Assembly: GCA_050613775.1 (NCBI GenBank)
Contig: JBODTK010000131.1
Coordinates: forward strand, 434,001 to 481,610
Source of the DNA: Neocallimastix sp. 'constans'
Lineage: Eukaryota
Reading direction: 5' to 3'
Length of the DNA: 47,610 nt
The notes beneath the pieces were generated by a model. The model saw only the letters and a program-made list of their open reading frames with translations, had not been told where the DNA came from and ran no database searches. This document shows positions 1 to 13,100 of this stretch, one piece after another. How positions within the stretch are numbered: the stretch's first letter is position 1; every line of letters begins with the position of its first letter. Position numbers and translations under genes: made by a program.

Positions 1-1249
1 ATTGGTACTGTCCTTGGTGCTTTCTAGATCCAAGGATATGAATTATCTTTTGTCTTCCTACAGGAACTGGTACTAATGTCTTTGGTAGTTTATAGTATGG
101 TTCCAATTCACTCACGTGGAACACTAGGTACATATTTGGAAACGGCGAATGACTAATATCTATCTCGTAGTTTTTCTTTTCTTCGTCGACGCCTACTACC
201 TTGAACGGTCCAAACTTTCTCGTTGCTAATTTATAAAATGGAAACGCATCGTAGTTTTCTGGCTTTCTTAGCCATACCTTGTCCAACAGTCTATACCTGG
301 GGTAGTTATCAATACGAGTCTTATCCATGTTGTCCATGTATCTTGTCTGAGCGATTTCCAATATGTGCTTTAGGTTTCCTAAGTTATGAGCAAAGCTATC
401 GATCATTTTAGTTTCGCCTAACGAATGCACTATGTCGGCTGTCTTTGGGGAGTTGTGTACCTGGTAGTTATACAAGGTAAGGAAAGGAGATTGTTTGGTA
501 GAAGCGTGGATTGAATTGTTATAGCAGAACTCTGCTAAGAACAAGTAATCCATCCAGCTTTCATCTTCGTAGGTTCCCACAAAGCACCGAAAATAAGTTT
601 CTACGTATGCATTGTTCCTTTCGACTTGACCTACTGTTTCATGGTGACTAGTGGTAACGTAGTTTACTTTGGTTCCGAAGAACTATTCCAGCTCCTTCCA
701 TACTTGGCTTGTAAACTGAACTCCTCTATCAGTCGTAACCACCTTAGGGAATCCGTGCAAACTGTAAATTTCCTTCAGAAATGCATCAACAGTCTCGTTA
801 GCGTTGGGCACATGTTTAAATCCTATCAGGTGTATCATCTTGGTCAATTTGTCACAGCACACTAAGATACAACCTGCTCTTTTCGTTTCCCAAATATAAA
901 CATCTTCCGTTCTTGTCCTACATTTTACTGGCAGATCCGTTATAAAGTCTAATTGTACCTCTTGCCTGGGTAACTCTGCAACTGGAACTCTAACCGCAGT
1001 ACTATATTCCTTGTGTCTATCATCCTTTTTGGTAGCGCAGGTTTTGCAAGCCTTTACTTAGCCTGAAATATCCTTCCTCATCTTCGGCCAGTAGAAATTC
1101 CTAGATACAAGGTCCGAAGTCTTATCAATTCCTAAGTGACCTGCGTACTCCGAGTCATGGTTTAATTGAATAATTGTTTTTCTGAACGTTGTGGACACGT
1201 ATACTTGTTCAGGGTTTTCTTTTCTCACCAGAAGACCATCTACTTCCAG
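1..1249 (-). pseudogene. Disrupted integrase with GPF motif and N-terminal part of a probable chromodomain
   Basis: Manual minus-strand translation gives HDSEYAGHLGIDKT..FYWPKM, CKTC, LDFITDL, the GPFKV motif and ILGSRKHQGQYQ. Stops and frameshifts are present. Confidence 0.8.
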
Positions 1250-2602
1250 TCAATGCTTCTTGTTATAATTGTTTCTGGCGTCATCTGCTAAATCTTTTAT
1301 TATCTCTCTGGCCATTTTGTCCTGTCTGTTGGCCTGCTTAATATCATCCACGAAATTGGTAGCTAAGGCTAAATAACTTGCTTCTCCGTCTACATCGTCA
1401 AACCTTACCAATTGATCTGGTTTCAATAGCCTATCTTTAGGAAATTCTTTACCCTCAGTTTTCTTTGTTTCAACTCTGGAGAGGGCATCAGATTTGCCAT
1501 TCTTTTTCCCAGGTCTATATACTATTTCGAACCAGTACGTGGCGAATAATTCTTGCCATCTGATTTGCCTAGGAGTTAATAGTTGTGGTTTTGTAGCGAA
1601 CAATAGATTTTTGTGGTTACTATAAACAATAATCTTGTGCTTCGTACTTTGAAGCAAGTGTCGCCATTCTGTAAAAGCAGTCTTAATGGCTAACAATTTT
1701 TTCTCGGTAATCGAGTAGTTCACTTCAGCCTTGCTGAGTGTCTTTGAATAATAATATATAGGATGAAGACTACCATCGTCTACTTTTTGTGACAACACAC
1801 CTCCTATCGCGTAATTACTAGCATCATATTCATCGAAGAATTGTTTCTCGTGGTCAGGGTAAGTTAGCACTGGCGGAGAGGTGAGCATTTCCTTCAACTT
1901 GTGAAACGCGGCCAATCCTTCTTCATTCCATTCGAATTTCTCTTTCTTCGAAGTCATCTTAAATAGCGGCTTGGCTATTTCTGAAAAGTTTCTTATAAAA
2001 TTTCTATAGTAGTTGCAAAAGCCTAAGAAGCTTTGCATCTTCTTGACGTTTTCTGGTTGTTGCCATTTTACCACGGCCTTTATCTTTTCTGGGTCAGTTT
2101 CTACACCATCTTTTCTGACCACATGACCTAAAAATGAAATCTTAAGCTTGTGCAATTCACATTTAGACATTTTTTCCACAAGCTTGCGCTTAATCAACTT
2201 TTTTAATATGGTTCGAACATGCTGAACATGTTCCTCTAAGGTTTTTGAATATACCACAATGTCATCGAGGTAGACTTGACAGTACTTCCCGATGTCTTCG
2301 CTGAAGACATCATTCATAAAGCTTTGGAACACCGCTGGTGCATTGGTTAAACCAAAAGGCATCACCAAATGCTCGAAGTGTCCATACTTGGTGTTGAAGG
2401 ATGTCTTATACTCGTCACTTCGAATTCGTACCAACTTGTAGGCAGATTTGAGGTCAAACTTAGAGAATACTAATGCTCCTTTCATAGCTTCAAACACTGC
2501 ACTAATTCTTGGGATAGGATAGGCGTTACGTTTGGTCCATTGGTTCAATTTGCGATAATCCATGAATAGTCGTAACTCACCAGACTTCTTGGGCACGAAC
2601 AA
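1250..2602 (-). pseudogene. pol: Reverse transcriptase + RNase H portion of Gypsy pol, premature stop before integrase
   Basis: ORF track 450 aa: DYRKLN, FDLKSAY, MPFGLTNAPAVFQ, YLDD, DAS..GGVLSQ, DALSR. Confidence 0.92.
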
Positions 2603-2719
2603 TACAGGGTAACCTGCCGGAGATTCTGAGCGTCTTATAAACCTTTTGGCTAAATTTTCATCAATATATTCTTTTAGCGCCTTCTCTTCTCTAGGACTCG
2701 TTGGGTAGATAGCTCTTTT

Positions 2720-3126
2720 ACTGTTTTTTATAATTTAAATATATTATTATTAAAAAAATAATTTAAATTTAAATAAAAAAAAAATAAATAAAAGAAATTT
2801 AAAAAGAAAAAATAAGAAAATAAATAAAATAAAAATTTGATTAAAAAATTATTAAATTAAAATAAAATAAAACTGAAATTAAAAGTAAAGAGTTAAAAAT
2901 TAAAATTAAAAAAGTAAATAGAAAAAAATAAATAAAATGTAAATAAAAAAAATAAAAAATAAAAAAAAATAAAAAATAGATCTAAAAATAATAAAATAAA
3001 AAAAATGGAATTAAAAAAAGGAATCAACATAAAAAAAAGGAATAAAAATAAAAAAAAAGGAATCAAAATAAAAAATAAAATAAAATAAAATAAAAAAATG
3101 GAATCAAAAAAATAATATAAATAATT
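2720..3126. repeat. A-rich low-complexity/minisatellite (AAAAAATGGAATCAAAAT-like units)
   Basis: Repeated GGAATCAAAA cores in A runs; the same units recur at 7791-8180. Confidence 0.6.
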
Positions 3127-3361
3127 TTTTAAGATATAAAAATAAATATGTTAATAATGACTTTAATATATTTTACACAATAAAAATATTATTTTATTTA
3201 AATAAAATATATAAAAGCAATAAAATGTAACTTTGATAAATAACTCACATACTTTTATAATTATAAAAAATATAAAGATAAATAAAATTAAATATTAAAT
3301 ATTAAATATAAAATGTTGTATTAAAAATATATCTAATTTTCTTAATAATTTTTTGGTGTTT
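3127..3361 (+). repeat. Copia-1 5' LTR (the part alignable to the 3' LTR)
   Basis: Matches 7555-7789 with many substitutions (e.g. CTTTGATAAATAACTCA..ACTTTT, TTTTTGGTGTTT). The true 3' boundary is not resolved. Confidence 0.65.
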
Positions 3362-4374
3362 GATAGATAAAGAGTTTCAGAATATAACTGAGCTCAACCA
3401 CAAGTTAAGTTATAATTTATATAATTAATATATAAATATATTCATCTTATAAATAAATTGAACTAATACTTTCTTATTTTCAATATTCAATATCATTTTT
3501 ATTTTTATATTTATCAATATAAAAATCTAACTTCGAATTAGCAAAGAAATAATATAATTAATTATAATCTTTATAATTAATTTTGTCATTTTCATAATAA
3601 CAGAATCAAAATATATTATCAGAAATATTTTAAAATAAATTTATGAAGGTTTAATGCCTATAATAATATCATAATCCATAGTAAATAAAATATATATATA
3701 TATTATAGTCAATCAAATTATAACTTGAACTGAAAAAATAATATAGTCAGTAAATTATAATTTGAACTGAAAATACTATTGTTAATTATAAACAACTAAA
3801 ATATAAATATTTACATCATACAGAAAATTAATAAATTAAAATTTTCACTCAAAAAACAAATATATTCAACTTAAATGTTAATAAATATAAAACTAGTATA
3901 AATACTTTTTCAAACATATAAAACCAGTAATATCAATGTTTAATTAAAATTATTATCAAATGACATAATAAAAAATATTACATTAAAAATAAGAGATAAA
4001 AAAGAAACCAATCATATTGCTGAAATACATTATTTTATAACTCTTTATATTAAGTAATAAATATAACTTAATCAATTATCAAAAAATATATATTATTAAA
4101 GTTTATTATATTCTTCATAGAAATATTAAACAATATATATTTCAATTTGAATTTATTTAATCAAAATAGAATTAAGTTTTAATTAATGTATTAAATATGT
4201 ATAAATAAAAATTTAAATATGCAAAATATATCTCTTCAATTATATTTTAAAATATTCTTATAATATAAAATATTAATAAATTATTAATAAAATAAATTAT
4301 TTCGTTTAAAACTTTCAGTAATAGCTAATACAAGAAGAATTAATAAAAATGAAACAATTATTATTGAGGAACCC

Positions 4375-7300
4375 ATGGACATCAGGCCAACAATTAAATT
4401 TAACTATTCTGAAAACGTTAATAGGTGGTTGAATTAAATACTGAAAATTATAAAAGATGGAGAACTAAAATCCTTCATCTATTATCAATTAAAAATCTAG
4501 TTGGTTATATCACCAAAGAAATGGATGAAAAGAGATCAATAATGATATTATAACAAAATGGATCGTCTTAAACAATATTTGAGAAAAAGCCCAAGACATT
4601 GTGCAAGGATCAAACAAAACAGCTTTCGAATTGTGGAGAATTCTAAAAAGATCTTTTACCAAAAACATGAATGCACATAAATTAGAACTTAAAAATAAGC
4701 TCGATAATTTAAAGGTCAACCCTGAAGTGAATATTAATATCTTTTTTTTTCTGAACTATAGAATACCATTGATGAACTTGAGAAAATAGATAATGACATT
4801 GAACCAAGTGTCAAAGTGAGCATCCTTAACAGAAATCTTCCAGAGGAACTCCGTTGGATTGTTGTATTCTAATTTAAAAATGATTGGAATAAATATAGTG
4901 AATATGTTAAGGATGTATTGCCTGAAATCATCTCTTCAAACTTAAAAGAATCCATAAATAATAATCAAAACAATAAAAGTATATTTTCAATAGAAAATAA
5001 TAATAATATTAATACAAATAAGAAAAAACTCACTAAAACAAAAACATTTACTAAAAAGATTAAAAATGGTAGATGTAATTACTGTGGTAAATGGGACCAT
5101 TTCTTTTATGACTGTAAAAATAAAAGAGATGATAAAAATAACAATAAAAAAGAAAAACTTTCAAACGCAGAAGAAATAATTTTAAAAGAAAATATAATAA
5201 TCTTAGAAATTATGCAAATTTCATGGAAAAAGAAAAAGTACGATACAAGCTATGCCTTTGCTTTTACCAAGAATTACAATTCTCAAGAAAATCTTGATAT
5301 TAATTTTGCCGAAATAAATAAACAAAACGAAGATAATAAACAAAAAGAAATGATGTGTTGGATATTGGACTCCGGTGCATCAATAAATATCACTGGTCAT
5401 TTAAATAAATTACATAATATTCAAAAGTGTAATGACAAAGATTATTTAGCTAATAATCAAGTTATATCAACACAATTTAAAGGAGACTTCATAGAATACA
5501 TTAGTAATCACAAAATAACCATTAAAAATGTTTATTACTCACCAAAAATAAATGAAAATTTATTATCTATTGGAAATCTTACACAACAAGGATACAAAAT
5601 AATTTTCAATAATACTAATAATAAATCATACGCATTAATTTTTGACGAACACAATCAAAGAATACTATCAATTAAATCAAACCAATCTAACACATTTAAA
5701 TTTTGGATTTCAACTCAACCATTAAATTTTCAAAACAACCAACATAATAATAATTTGGTTGAAGTCAATTATACACATTTGAAATCAATTGATAAACTAA
5801 ATTTATGGCATCGTCGTTTTGCTCATTTCAATATCAATAGTATCAAAAATAAAATTTTAAAAATCAACATGAATTCAAAGTGCGCTATTTGTAGTTATTC
5901 AAAATTTAAAAATAAGCCTTTCAAATCATCACATAATAGAGCCAAAAATATATTTCAACTCATACACATGGATCTTATAGGTCCAATACAAAACTCTCTC
6001 TATGACAATAAATATATCTTAAACATTTTGGATGACCATTCAAGATTTGGGTGGACTCTCTTTATGAAGAGTAAATCAGAAACTTTTTATCACTTCCATA
6101 ATTGATTTAATAGAATAAAAAATCAATTTAACAAAAGAATTCAATATATCCGTACAGTTAATGGCACCGAATTTAACAACAAAAATTTTAAACAATTCTG
6201 CGTTGACTTTGGAATACAACATCAATTTACTGTTTCCAACCACACACAACAAAATGGTAGGATTGAACGATTCAACGGCACTATAATCAATTCTCTAAAG
6301 TCAATGTTAAATGACGCAAAACTGAGATTACAATTTTGGGAAGACACCGTCTCTACTTCCAACTACATTCATAATCGAATCCCTCATAAAGGGATAAATA
6401 ATAAAATTCCATATGAACTGATAATAAAGATAATATATGGATTGAAACAAAGTGGTGCCAAGTGGAATGACAAATTAAATGACTATTTAATAAAAATTGA
6501 ATATAAAAGAATTATAAGTGAACCTTGTTTGTACGTTAATTTTAATTAAGGAAAACTTTTAAGTATGTTAGCTATATATGTGATTGATATTTTAATATCA
6601 GGATCAAAGAAAACAATAGATAGTGTAAATTATTAATTAAGTAAAAATTCAAAATTAAAGATATAGGTAATGTTGATTATATTATTGGAATTAAATTTAT
6701 AAAACATAAAAATGGTTATTTTTTATATCAACACAGATATATAGATGAATTGCTTTTTAAATTTAATATGAAAAATTGCAGACCTCTTAGAATTATGACT
6801 CCAATTGAAAATGAAGATCTTAGGAAAGTAAAAGTAGATGAAACAAAATATAGAAGCATAATAGGAAATTTATTATATCTCGGTATATGTACTAGATCCG
6901 TATTAAAAGCAGCTAGAAGAGCAAAGGAACCAAATATGGAAGACCGGAATAACGTAATGAGAATATTAAGATACTTAAAGGGAACTAAAAAATATGGAAT
7001 AAATTTCACAAATAATCTGAATATTAAAGCATATGTCGATTCGGATTACGGAGGTGACTTGGAAACTAGACGTTCAACAACAGGATTTTTAATAACATTC
7101 TGTAGTGCATCAACAAGCTGGTGTTCAAAGTTACAAAAATCCATATCGACTTCAACAACCGAGTCCGAATATTACAGTCTTAGTGAATGCGGTAAGAAAG
7201 GTATATGGTATTTAAATTTATTCGAAGAATTGAACTTAAATATTAAAAATATTAAAGTAAATGTTGACAATAAAGCAGCTATTTATTATGCTAAAAATCA

Positions 7301-7501
7301 AACTATAATCCCAAAATTAAACATGTAGATATTAGAGTATATTACATAAGAGAAATAATCAAAGAAAATAAAATCTATATTAAATATATAAAATCTGAAA
7401 ACAATCTCACTGATGAGTTTACAAAATATTTAAATGGTACATTAATCGATAAATTCAGAAATTCTGTATTAACCAAAATTGGTGATTTATATTTTATTTG
7501 A
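4375..7501 (+). pseudogene. Copia gag-pol polyprotein, frameshifted, with internal deletion
   Basis: CNYCGKWDHFFYDC knuckle, WILDSGAS protease, LWHRRFAH, LIHMDLIGP integrase, YGLKQSG RT, YVDSDYGGDLETRRSTTG RNase H. Confidence 0.9.
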
Positions 7502-7554
7502 AATAATATAAATAAAAAAATATGACATTTAACTAAATCATATTTTAGGAGGCA

Positions 7555-7789
7555 TGTTAGAATATAAAAAATAAATATTCAATAATGACTTTAATATAGT
7601 TTACCCAATTACAATATTATTATAATTAAATAAAATATATAAAAGAAATAAAATTTAACTTTGATAAATAACTCATATACTTTTAAAATTATAAAAATTT
7701 AAAGATAAACAAAATTAAATATTAAATATTATATATAAAATATTGTATTAAATATATATCTAATTTCATTAATAATTTTTTTGGTGTTT
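7555..7789 (+). repeat. Copia-1 3' LTR (probably truncated)
   Basis: Starts TGTTAG immediately after purine tract 7547-7554; similarity to the 5' copy ends at ~7789. Confidence 0.7.
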
Positions 7790-7790
7790 A

Positions 7791-8180
7791 ATATAATTGG
7801 ACATAAAAAAAATAAAATAAATAAATTAAATCAAAAAAATAAAATAAAATAAAAAATGGAATCAAAAAAAATAATATATTGGATATAAAAAACTTAAAAT
7901 AAAAAAAAAAGGAATCAAAATAAAAAATATATAATTGGACATAAAAAAATAAAATAAAAAAATGGAATCAAAAAAAAAAAAAAAAATTAAAAATTGGAAT
8001 CAAAAAAAAAAAATTAAAAATTGGAATCAAAAAAAAAAAAACAAATTAAAAATTGGAATCAAAAAAAAAAAAATTAAAAATTGGAATAAAAAAAATAAAA
8101 AAATGGAATCAAAAAAATAATATAAATAATTAGATATAAAAAAAAATAAAAAAAAAAAAAAAGTAAAAAAAAAAGTAATA
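7791..8180. repeat. A-rich minisatellite (~27-30 bp AAAATTAAAAATTGGAATCAAAAAA units)
   Basis: About four near-identical tandem units at 7960-8110. Confidence 0.65.
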
Positions 8181-8215
8181 ACGAAGAAATTAATAATATA
8201 TTTATTAATATTAAT

Positions 8216-8625
8216 GATCTTCTACCAAGTGAATTATAGGTACTTAAGACATATGGAATGAAGTGACTAAGTATAGTAGTTATGAATTACTATACTGTAG
8301 AAGAGACCTAAACTATTTGGACTCATTATTAATATGGATGGATGAAAGACTTACTGAGGAAATTGAATAAGAATATTTTATCAGGAAATTCATAAATCAT
8401 AATCTACATAAAGGAAGCAATAAAAAATATAGAAACAGAAAATAAATTGTGGAGTGATTGAAGGAAATAAATAAAACGACTCAAAGTTTTTTTTAGACCT
8501 GGAGATTTAGTATTAATCGGAAACTTTAATAGAAGAAAATTGCATCCATTTTTTTTAAGACCTTTAAAAATATTGAAACAACAATTTAACACAGTAACTG
8601 TTTGTGATCCAATAACCAAAGATAT
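8216..8625 (+). pseudogene. Relic of Gypsy integrase C-terminus related to element D
   Basis: Translates NEVTKYSSYELLYCRRDL and IKEAIKNIETENKLWSD*RK*IKRLKVFFRPGDLVLIGNFNRRKLHPFFLRPLKILKQQFNTVTVCDPIT, colinear with D pol. Confidence 0.85.
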
Positions 8626-9208
8626 AATATTAATCGTAATAATAAGAGAAACAATAATAATTACTATTTTATAAATAGGGAAAATATTTAATAAAAATGG
8701 ATTTAATAAGTTTTAAGAAAAATTGTTAAGGTTGTCATTGCCCATAATAAAGATTAATTTATATATATAAATAAAATATTATATCATTTTAGTTAAGGAA
8801 TGAATAAATTATGTTATTTTTTTTATTTTCCATTAAAATAATTTAATAACTAAAATTAAATTATTTATTTATTTATTTTATTTGAGAACCTTCCTTTGTT
8901 CAATTACTTCCAAATTATTACAAATGTCCAATTTATAAATATTAATATCAATTATTTATCAATATTAATACTTTATTAATAATATCAATATTATTATTAA
9001 TATCTATTTTTATTAATATTACCCAATTTTTCAATATTTTAGTATTAAAGAAAATTCTATTTTGTTTTCTTTTATGTATTCGATATTTAATAATGTATTT
9101 TATATTTTGTTTATTACATAATTTAATATTATTAATGCATTATTTTTTTATAAATTTATTATTTTATGATGGAAATATCTTTTATTATTTTTTCTTTTAT
9201 TTTCTATC

Positions 9209-9370
9209 ATTAGATTAGATTAGCGAATTGAATAATTAGGGTTTTCAAAATCACTTCTTAGAAGCAGTTGGTTTTATTTAATCAATCCGATGATCGATAT
9301 GGATAAAATATCAATCAAAAACTTATTTTGGTTTTTTTATCTAATCCTTTCTTAGATAAGAGATTTGTTA
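9209..9370 (+). repeat. Dispersed repeat of unknown origin, copy 1
   Basis: Aligns by eye with 45101-45273 (ATTAGATTAGATTAG..CGATGAT.GATATGGATA..TAAGAGA.TTGTTA). Confidence 0.6.
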
Positions 9371-10071
9371 ATAAAATAAACTCTTTCATTATTTAATTCA
9401 ATATAACTGTTGTTATTAGTTCATTATAATTCTTATAATAAAATTCTTTCTATTTTGAAGATAAGTATAGTTTTCTTTTTTATCTTTCTCAATTTAGTAA
9501 AAATTTTATTTAAAGTTATTATTAAGTTGTATTTATTAATTTAATTATAATTAATTTAATAATAAAACTATTAAATTTCAGTAAAAAACTACTATAAGTT
9601 TTTTCTACAATTTAACATTAATCCTAATCTAACTTAGACTAATGATTAAATTGAGAAATAAAAAGGAGATATATTATCTATAATTAATTTTATTATAGCA
9701 ATTATAAATAGTTAAGCCGAAGAACTCGAGAAAATCAAAATATGATACGTTACCTTTAGAAAAATATAGAACTTTAATAATTTCGTAATTAAATTAATAA
9801 GTAAAACAAAAATATTAAGTTATAATATTTTTAATAAATAATCATTATATATACAAATATTTATTTATATTAATGTTAAAAACAGTTAAGTTTTTAATTT
9901 ATATTTTAATTTTAAATTAAATAATTATTAATAGTAAATAATTAAAAAAAATCAACATGCAAATTAAATTAATTAGAAATTTTAATTTTATATAAATTAT
10001 ATAAATAATGAATTTTAACTAAATAAAAATTATATTTTTTTGAAATAATATAAAAATATTAAAATACCTTT

Positions 10072-10144
10072 TACCCGAACCCGGGTTCGAACCGGAGACC
10101 TTTTGCGTGTAAAGCAAACGTGATAACCACTACACTATTCGGAT
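10072..10144 (-). tRNA. tRNA-Val(TAC)
   Basis: Reverse complement ATCCGAA TAGTGTAGTGGTTATCACG TTTGC TT-TAC-AC GCAAA AGGTC TCCGG TTCGAAC CCGGG TTCGGGT A: full 73-nt cloverleaf. Confidence 0.95.
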
Positions 10145-10159
10145 ATCCTGTTGGTACTG

Positions 10160-10819
10160 TGATACGATACCACTATAAAAATAAGATTTAGGTAGGAAAT
10201 TTAGGTTAGAAATATTGTATAAATATTATTGGTCATAATAATTAAAATAATTTATATATAGTTATTCAAATAATTATTTTTAAAAGCATGGTTAATTCTT
10301 TTATCATAATTAAAATAGATAAATTATATTATTAATGATTCTATTATTATGATAATAAATTAATTCATCATTATTATTAATAAGTTTTATTTTATATTTT
10401 AAATATTATTTTGAGAATTATATAGTTTTAGGAGTTATATTATAAATATTGATGATTATATTTTATTTAGGAAATATATTTTTAAATATTGATAGTTATA
10501 TATTATTTAATTATGAAAATGTATTATTAAATAAACTTATTAGGAAATTAATAGTTAAAGAGATATGTTTAATAAAAAATATAATATTAAATAATAATTT
10601 TAACAATTATATAAAATTAAGAGAATGTAATAATAAATATTTATGTATGTAAAAATAAAATTATAAAAATAAATAAAGAATAAAATATTATTATAAAACA
10701 TTATTATTATAAATTATTTTCTTATATTTATTAGAATATATTATCGTGTCATAATTCCCTAGAGAAACGACCAAATAAATAAATAACTAGATATGGAATA
10801 TTTTAAATATACTGTATCA
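10160..10819 (+). repeat. Element A 5' LTR
   Basis: Direct repeat of 13101-13760 (offset 2941, the same offset as the duplicated 67-aa ORFs in the track). Confidence 0.95.
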
Positions 10820-10823
10820 AAAA

Positions 10824-10842
10824 TGGTGGAGAATCCGGGCGT
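10824..10842 (+). promoter_or_regulatory. Primer binding site, tRNA-Ala-like
   Basis: TGGTGGAGAATCCGGGCGT is the complement of ..GCCCGGATTCTCCACCA, a tRNA-Ala-type 3' end (acceptor strand ATTCTCC, compatible with G3:U70). Confidence 0.85.
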
Positions 10843-11144
10843 TTCTCTAGCATGATAATATGAAAATAATAAAAATTTGAAAATATAATAATAATAATAA
10901 TAATATAACAAAGAAAAAAAAAATAGCATGTAATAAAATAATAGTTTATTTTAACACGTAAAGATAATATTAATAGTTTTTAAAGACACGTAATAAAATA
11001 ATAGTTTAAAATAGTAAATAATAAAATAATAGTTATTTTAAAATGTTATAATAATATATTATTTAAAATAACGCGTAATAGATATAAATATAAACAAAAA
11101 AAAAAATTTTTTAAAAAAAAAAAAAAAAAAAAAAAATAATCAAA

Positions 11145-12800
11145 ATGAATGTTCAAGGCTTAATAAAAGAACTACCATTATTAGTCAATTATGGAAGGGA
11201 TATTGATAGATGGATTGAGGACTTTGAGGAAGTTATGGAATTATGGGAGATTTACACATTAAAGCAACAATACTTTTGGATAATTAAATGTGTAAATCAA
11301 GACATAAGTATTGAAATTAAAACATTAAAAGAAAAATATAACAAAAACAATTATCCAACATTAAAAGAAATACAATATGCCATTGAAAAATATTTAAATA
11401 TTACTCAAAGTGAAAAATGCTGGACTTTAAAGACCATAAAAGTTCCAAATGATACAAAAATTTCAATTTTTAATGTAACATACAGAAGACTATTAAAGAA
11501 TTTAGAGAGTGACTTTAGGAAATTAGTGACAATCGAAGATTATATAAATTCAATAAAAGTTAGACGTTACCCATGTCAACAAGTAATTACAAGAGGATGT
11601 AGAACTATAGAAGATGCTATGAAAACTGCTTCTCTGGCTGAAAGAATAGAAAATGAATTAATAGAATCTAATAAGGAAAAAAGAGAATACTTTGATAACT
11701 ATAAAATAACTTATAATAGAAGAAACAATAGAACTGACCATTATAACACGTATTTTAGAGAATATAGATTAATAAATAAAAATAATAATAAAAATTATAA
11801 AAATTTTAAATTTAATCATTACAATAATTATAATAAGGAATTAAAGTCTAATAATTATTATAATAAAATAAATAATTTCACGTGTAGACAAAACAAAATG
11901 AATTATTATAAAAGAAATTATAATATTGAACAAAATAAAAATTTTAATTATTTTGATTCGGATTATACTAATGTTGAATGTGGCAATTCAAATTTTAATG
12001 GTAAAGAAAATTATTTAAAATCTATGAATAATTCTAATTGTAATTCTTGCATGAATGTTAATTCAATATATAATTATTATATTAATAAAGAAAATTTGAA
12101 TTCATATTATTATTATGGTAATATTAATAGTTCTTCAAAAGGTATTTATAAAGAAATAATAAATAGTAATTATGATCATAATATTAATAGTAAAGATACT
12201 TGCACTATTGAAGAAAATTATAAATTAAATTCCATGGATGAAAATGTTAATGTTAAGGGAGAACCAGGAAATAAACACGTAAATAATGATAATGATAGAA
12301 TTCAAACTAAAATCACAACTTATAATGATAATATGGATAAACAAATTATTGAAGAAAATATAGAAGGTAATATGGTAATTAATAAATTGAGTGATACTAT
12401 TCTCGAAGGTAACGTATATAATCCATCACATAAACTAATTCCAGTAGAAAAGAAAAACGAAAACATATTATTATGTAAAGAGGAAAGTAAATTATTAGAA
12501 AGTAAGCCTATTGATAAATTGAAAATAAATAAAATTAAGATGAAAGGAAATAATTTAAATATTTATAATGAAATGATAAATGAAATTAAAATAAATTCTG
12601 ATAATAAAATAATAATAAAAAAAATACCTACTTTAGAAAATTCCAACCAAAATAATGGTAATAGCAAAAATAATTCAAAAAGAAAATTTAAAATTAAATT
12701 TAATTATAAAAATACAATTATTAAAAAGTATAATAATAATAGGAAAGATACAAAGTGTATTATCAGGAATTACAAATATAAAAGAAAAAGAAAAATATAA
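11145..12800 (+). CDS. gag: Gag-like protein, 551 aa, with long Asn/Lys-rich tail
   Basis: First ~170 aa are colinear with D Gag (LPLL..GRDIDRW / LPRL..ARDVDSW; YPTL / YPSI; EKC; VTIEDYINSI..R.YP..QVIT..C..IEDA...A.LAER). Confidence 0.85.
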   Translation: MNVQGLIKELPLLVNYGRDIDRWIEDFEEVMELWEIYTLKQQYFWIIKCVNQDISIEIKTLKEKYNKNNYPTLKEIQYAIEKYLNITQSEKCWTLKTIKVPNDTKISIFNVTYRRLLKNLESDFRKLVTIEDYINSIKVRRYPCQQVITRGCRTIEDAMKTASLAERIENELIESNKEKREYFDNYKITYNRRNNRTDHYNTYFREYRLINKNNNKNYKNFKFNHYNNYNKELKSNNYYNKINNFTCRQNKMNYYKRNYNIEQNKNFNYFDSDYTNVECGNSNFNGKENYLKSMNNSNCNSCMNVNSIYNYYINKENLNSYYYYGNINSSSKGIYKEIINSNYDHNINSKDTCTIEENYKLNSMDENVNVKGEPGNKHVNNDNDRIQTKITTYNDNMDKQIIEENIEGNMVINKLSDTILEGNVYNPSHKLIPVEKKNENILLCKEESKLLESKPIDKLKINKIKMKGNNLNIYNEMINEIKINSDNKIIIKKIPTLENSNQNNGNSKNNSKRKFKIKFNYKNTIIKKYNNNRKDTKCIIRNYKYKRKRKI

Positions 12801-12895
12801 TTTGATTATAATTCAATTAAATTTTCAAAATTCAAAATTCAAAATTCAAAAATTCAAAATTTAAATTATTAAATTTCAAATTTCAAATTTCTATA

Positions 12896-12926
<31 letters not shown>

Positions 12927-13003
12927 AAAAAAAATTTATACATAATATTTTTATGTTTATTGACTTTTTTAACAAAATATATATAAAATTTTAATTATTA
13001 AAT

Positions 13004-13051
<48 letters not shown>

Positions 13052-13060
13052 TTTTCGCCT

Positions 13061-13100
13061 GACTTCAAGGGACGAAGTCTTATTTAAAGTGGGGGAATCT
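13061..13100 (+). promoter_or_regulatory. Conserved pre-PPT hairpin plus polypurine tract of A
   Basis: GACTTC-AAGGGAC-GAAGTC, then AAAGTGGGGGAA just before the 3' LTR. Confidence 0.8.

Larger units (their letters stand above)
1..2718 (-). mobile_element. Ty3/Gypsy chromovirus-type pol fragment (RT-RNaseH-integrase-chromodomain start), 5'-truncated, runs off the window
   Basis: Domain order RT-RH-IN on the minus strand. RT start AIYPTSPREEKALKEYIDENL..SPAGYPVLFVPKK; 3' end translates GPFKVVGVDEEKKNYEIDI..VFHVSELEPYY..IIHILGSRKHQGQYQ. Confidence 0.9.
3127..7789 (+). mobile_element. Decayed Ty1/Copia LTR retrotransposon (Copia-1)
   Basis: Diverged direct repeats at ~3127-3361 and 7555-7789 (TGTTAG start after PPT AGGAGGCA). 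Internal gag(CCHC)-PR-IN-RT-RH order. Confidence 0.85.

Noticed and set aside
223..865. Plus-strand ORFs 223-411 and 626-865, and similar antisense ORFs over pol/gag (e.g. 17538, 32238, 36581)
   Set aside because: Shadow frames opposite retroelement coding sequence with no independent motifs.
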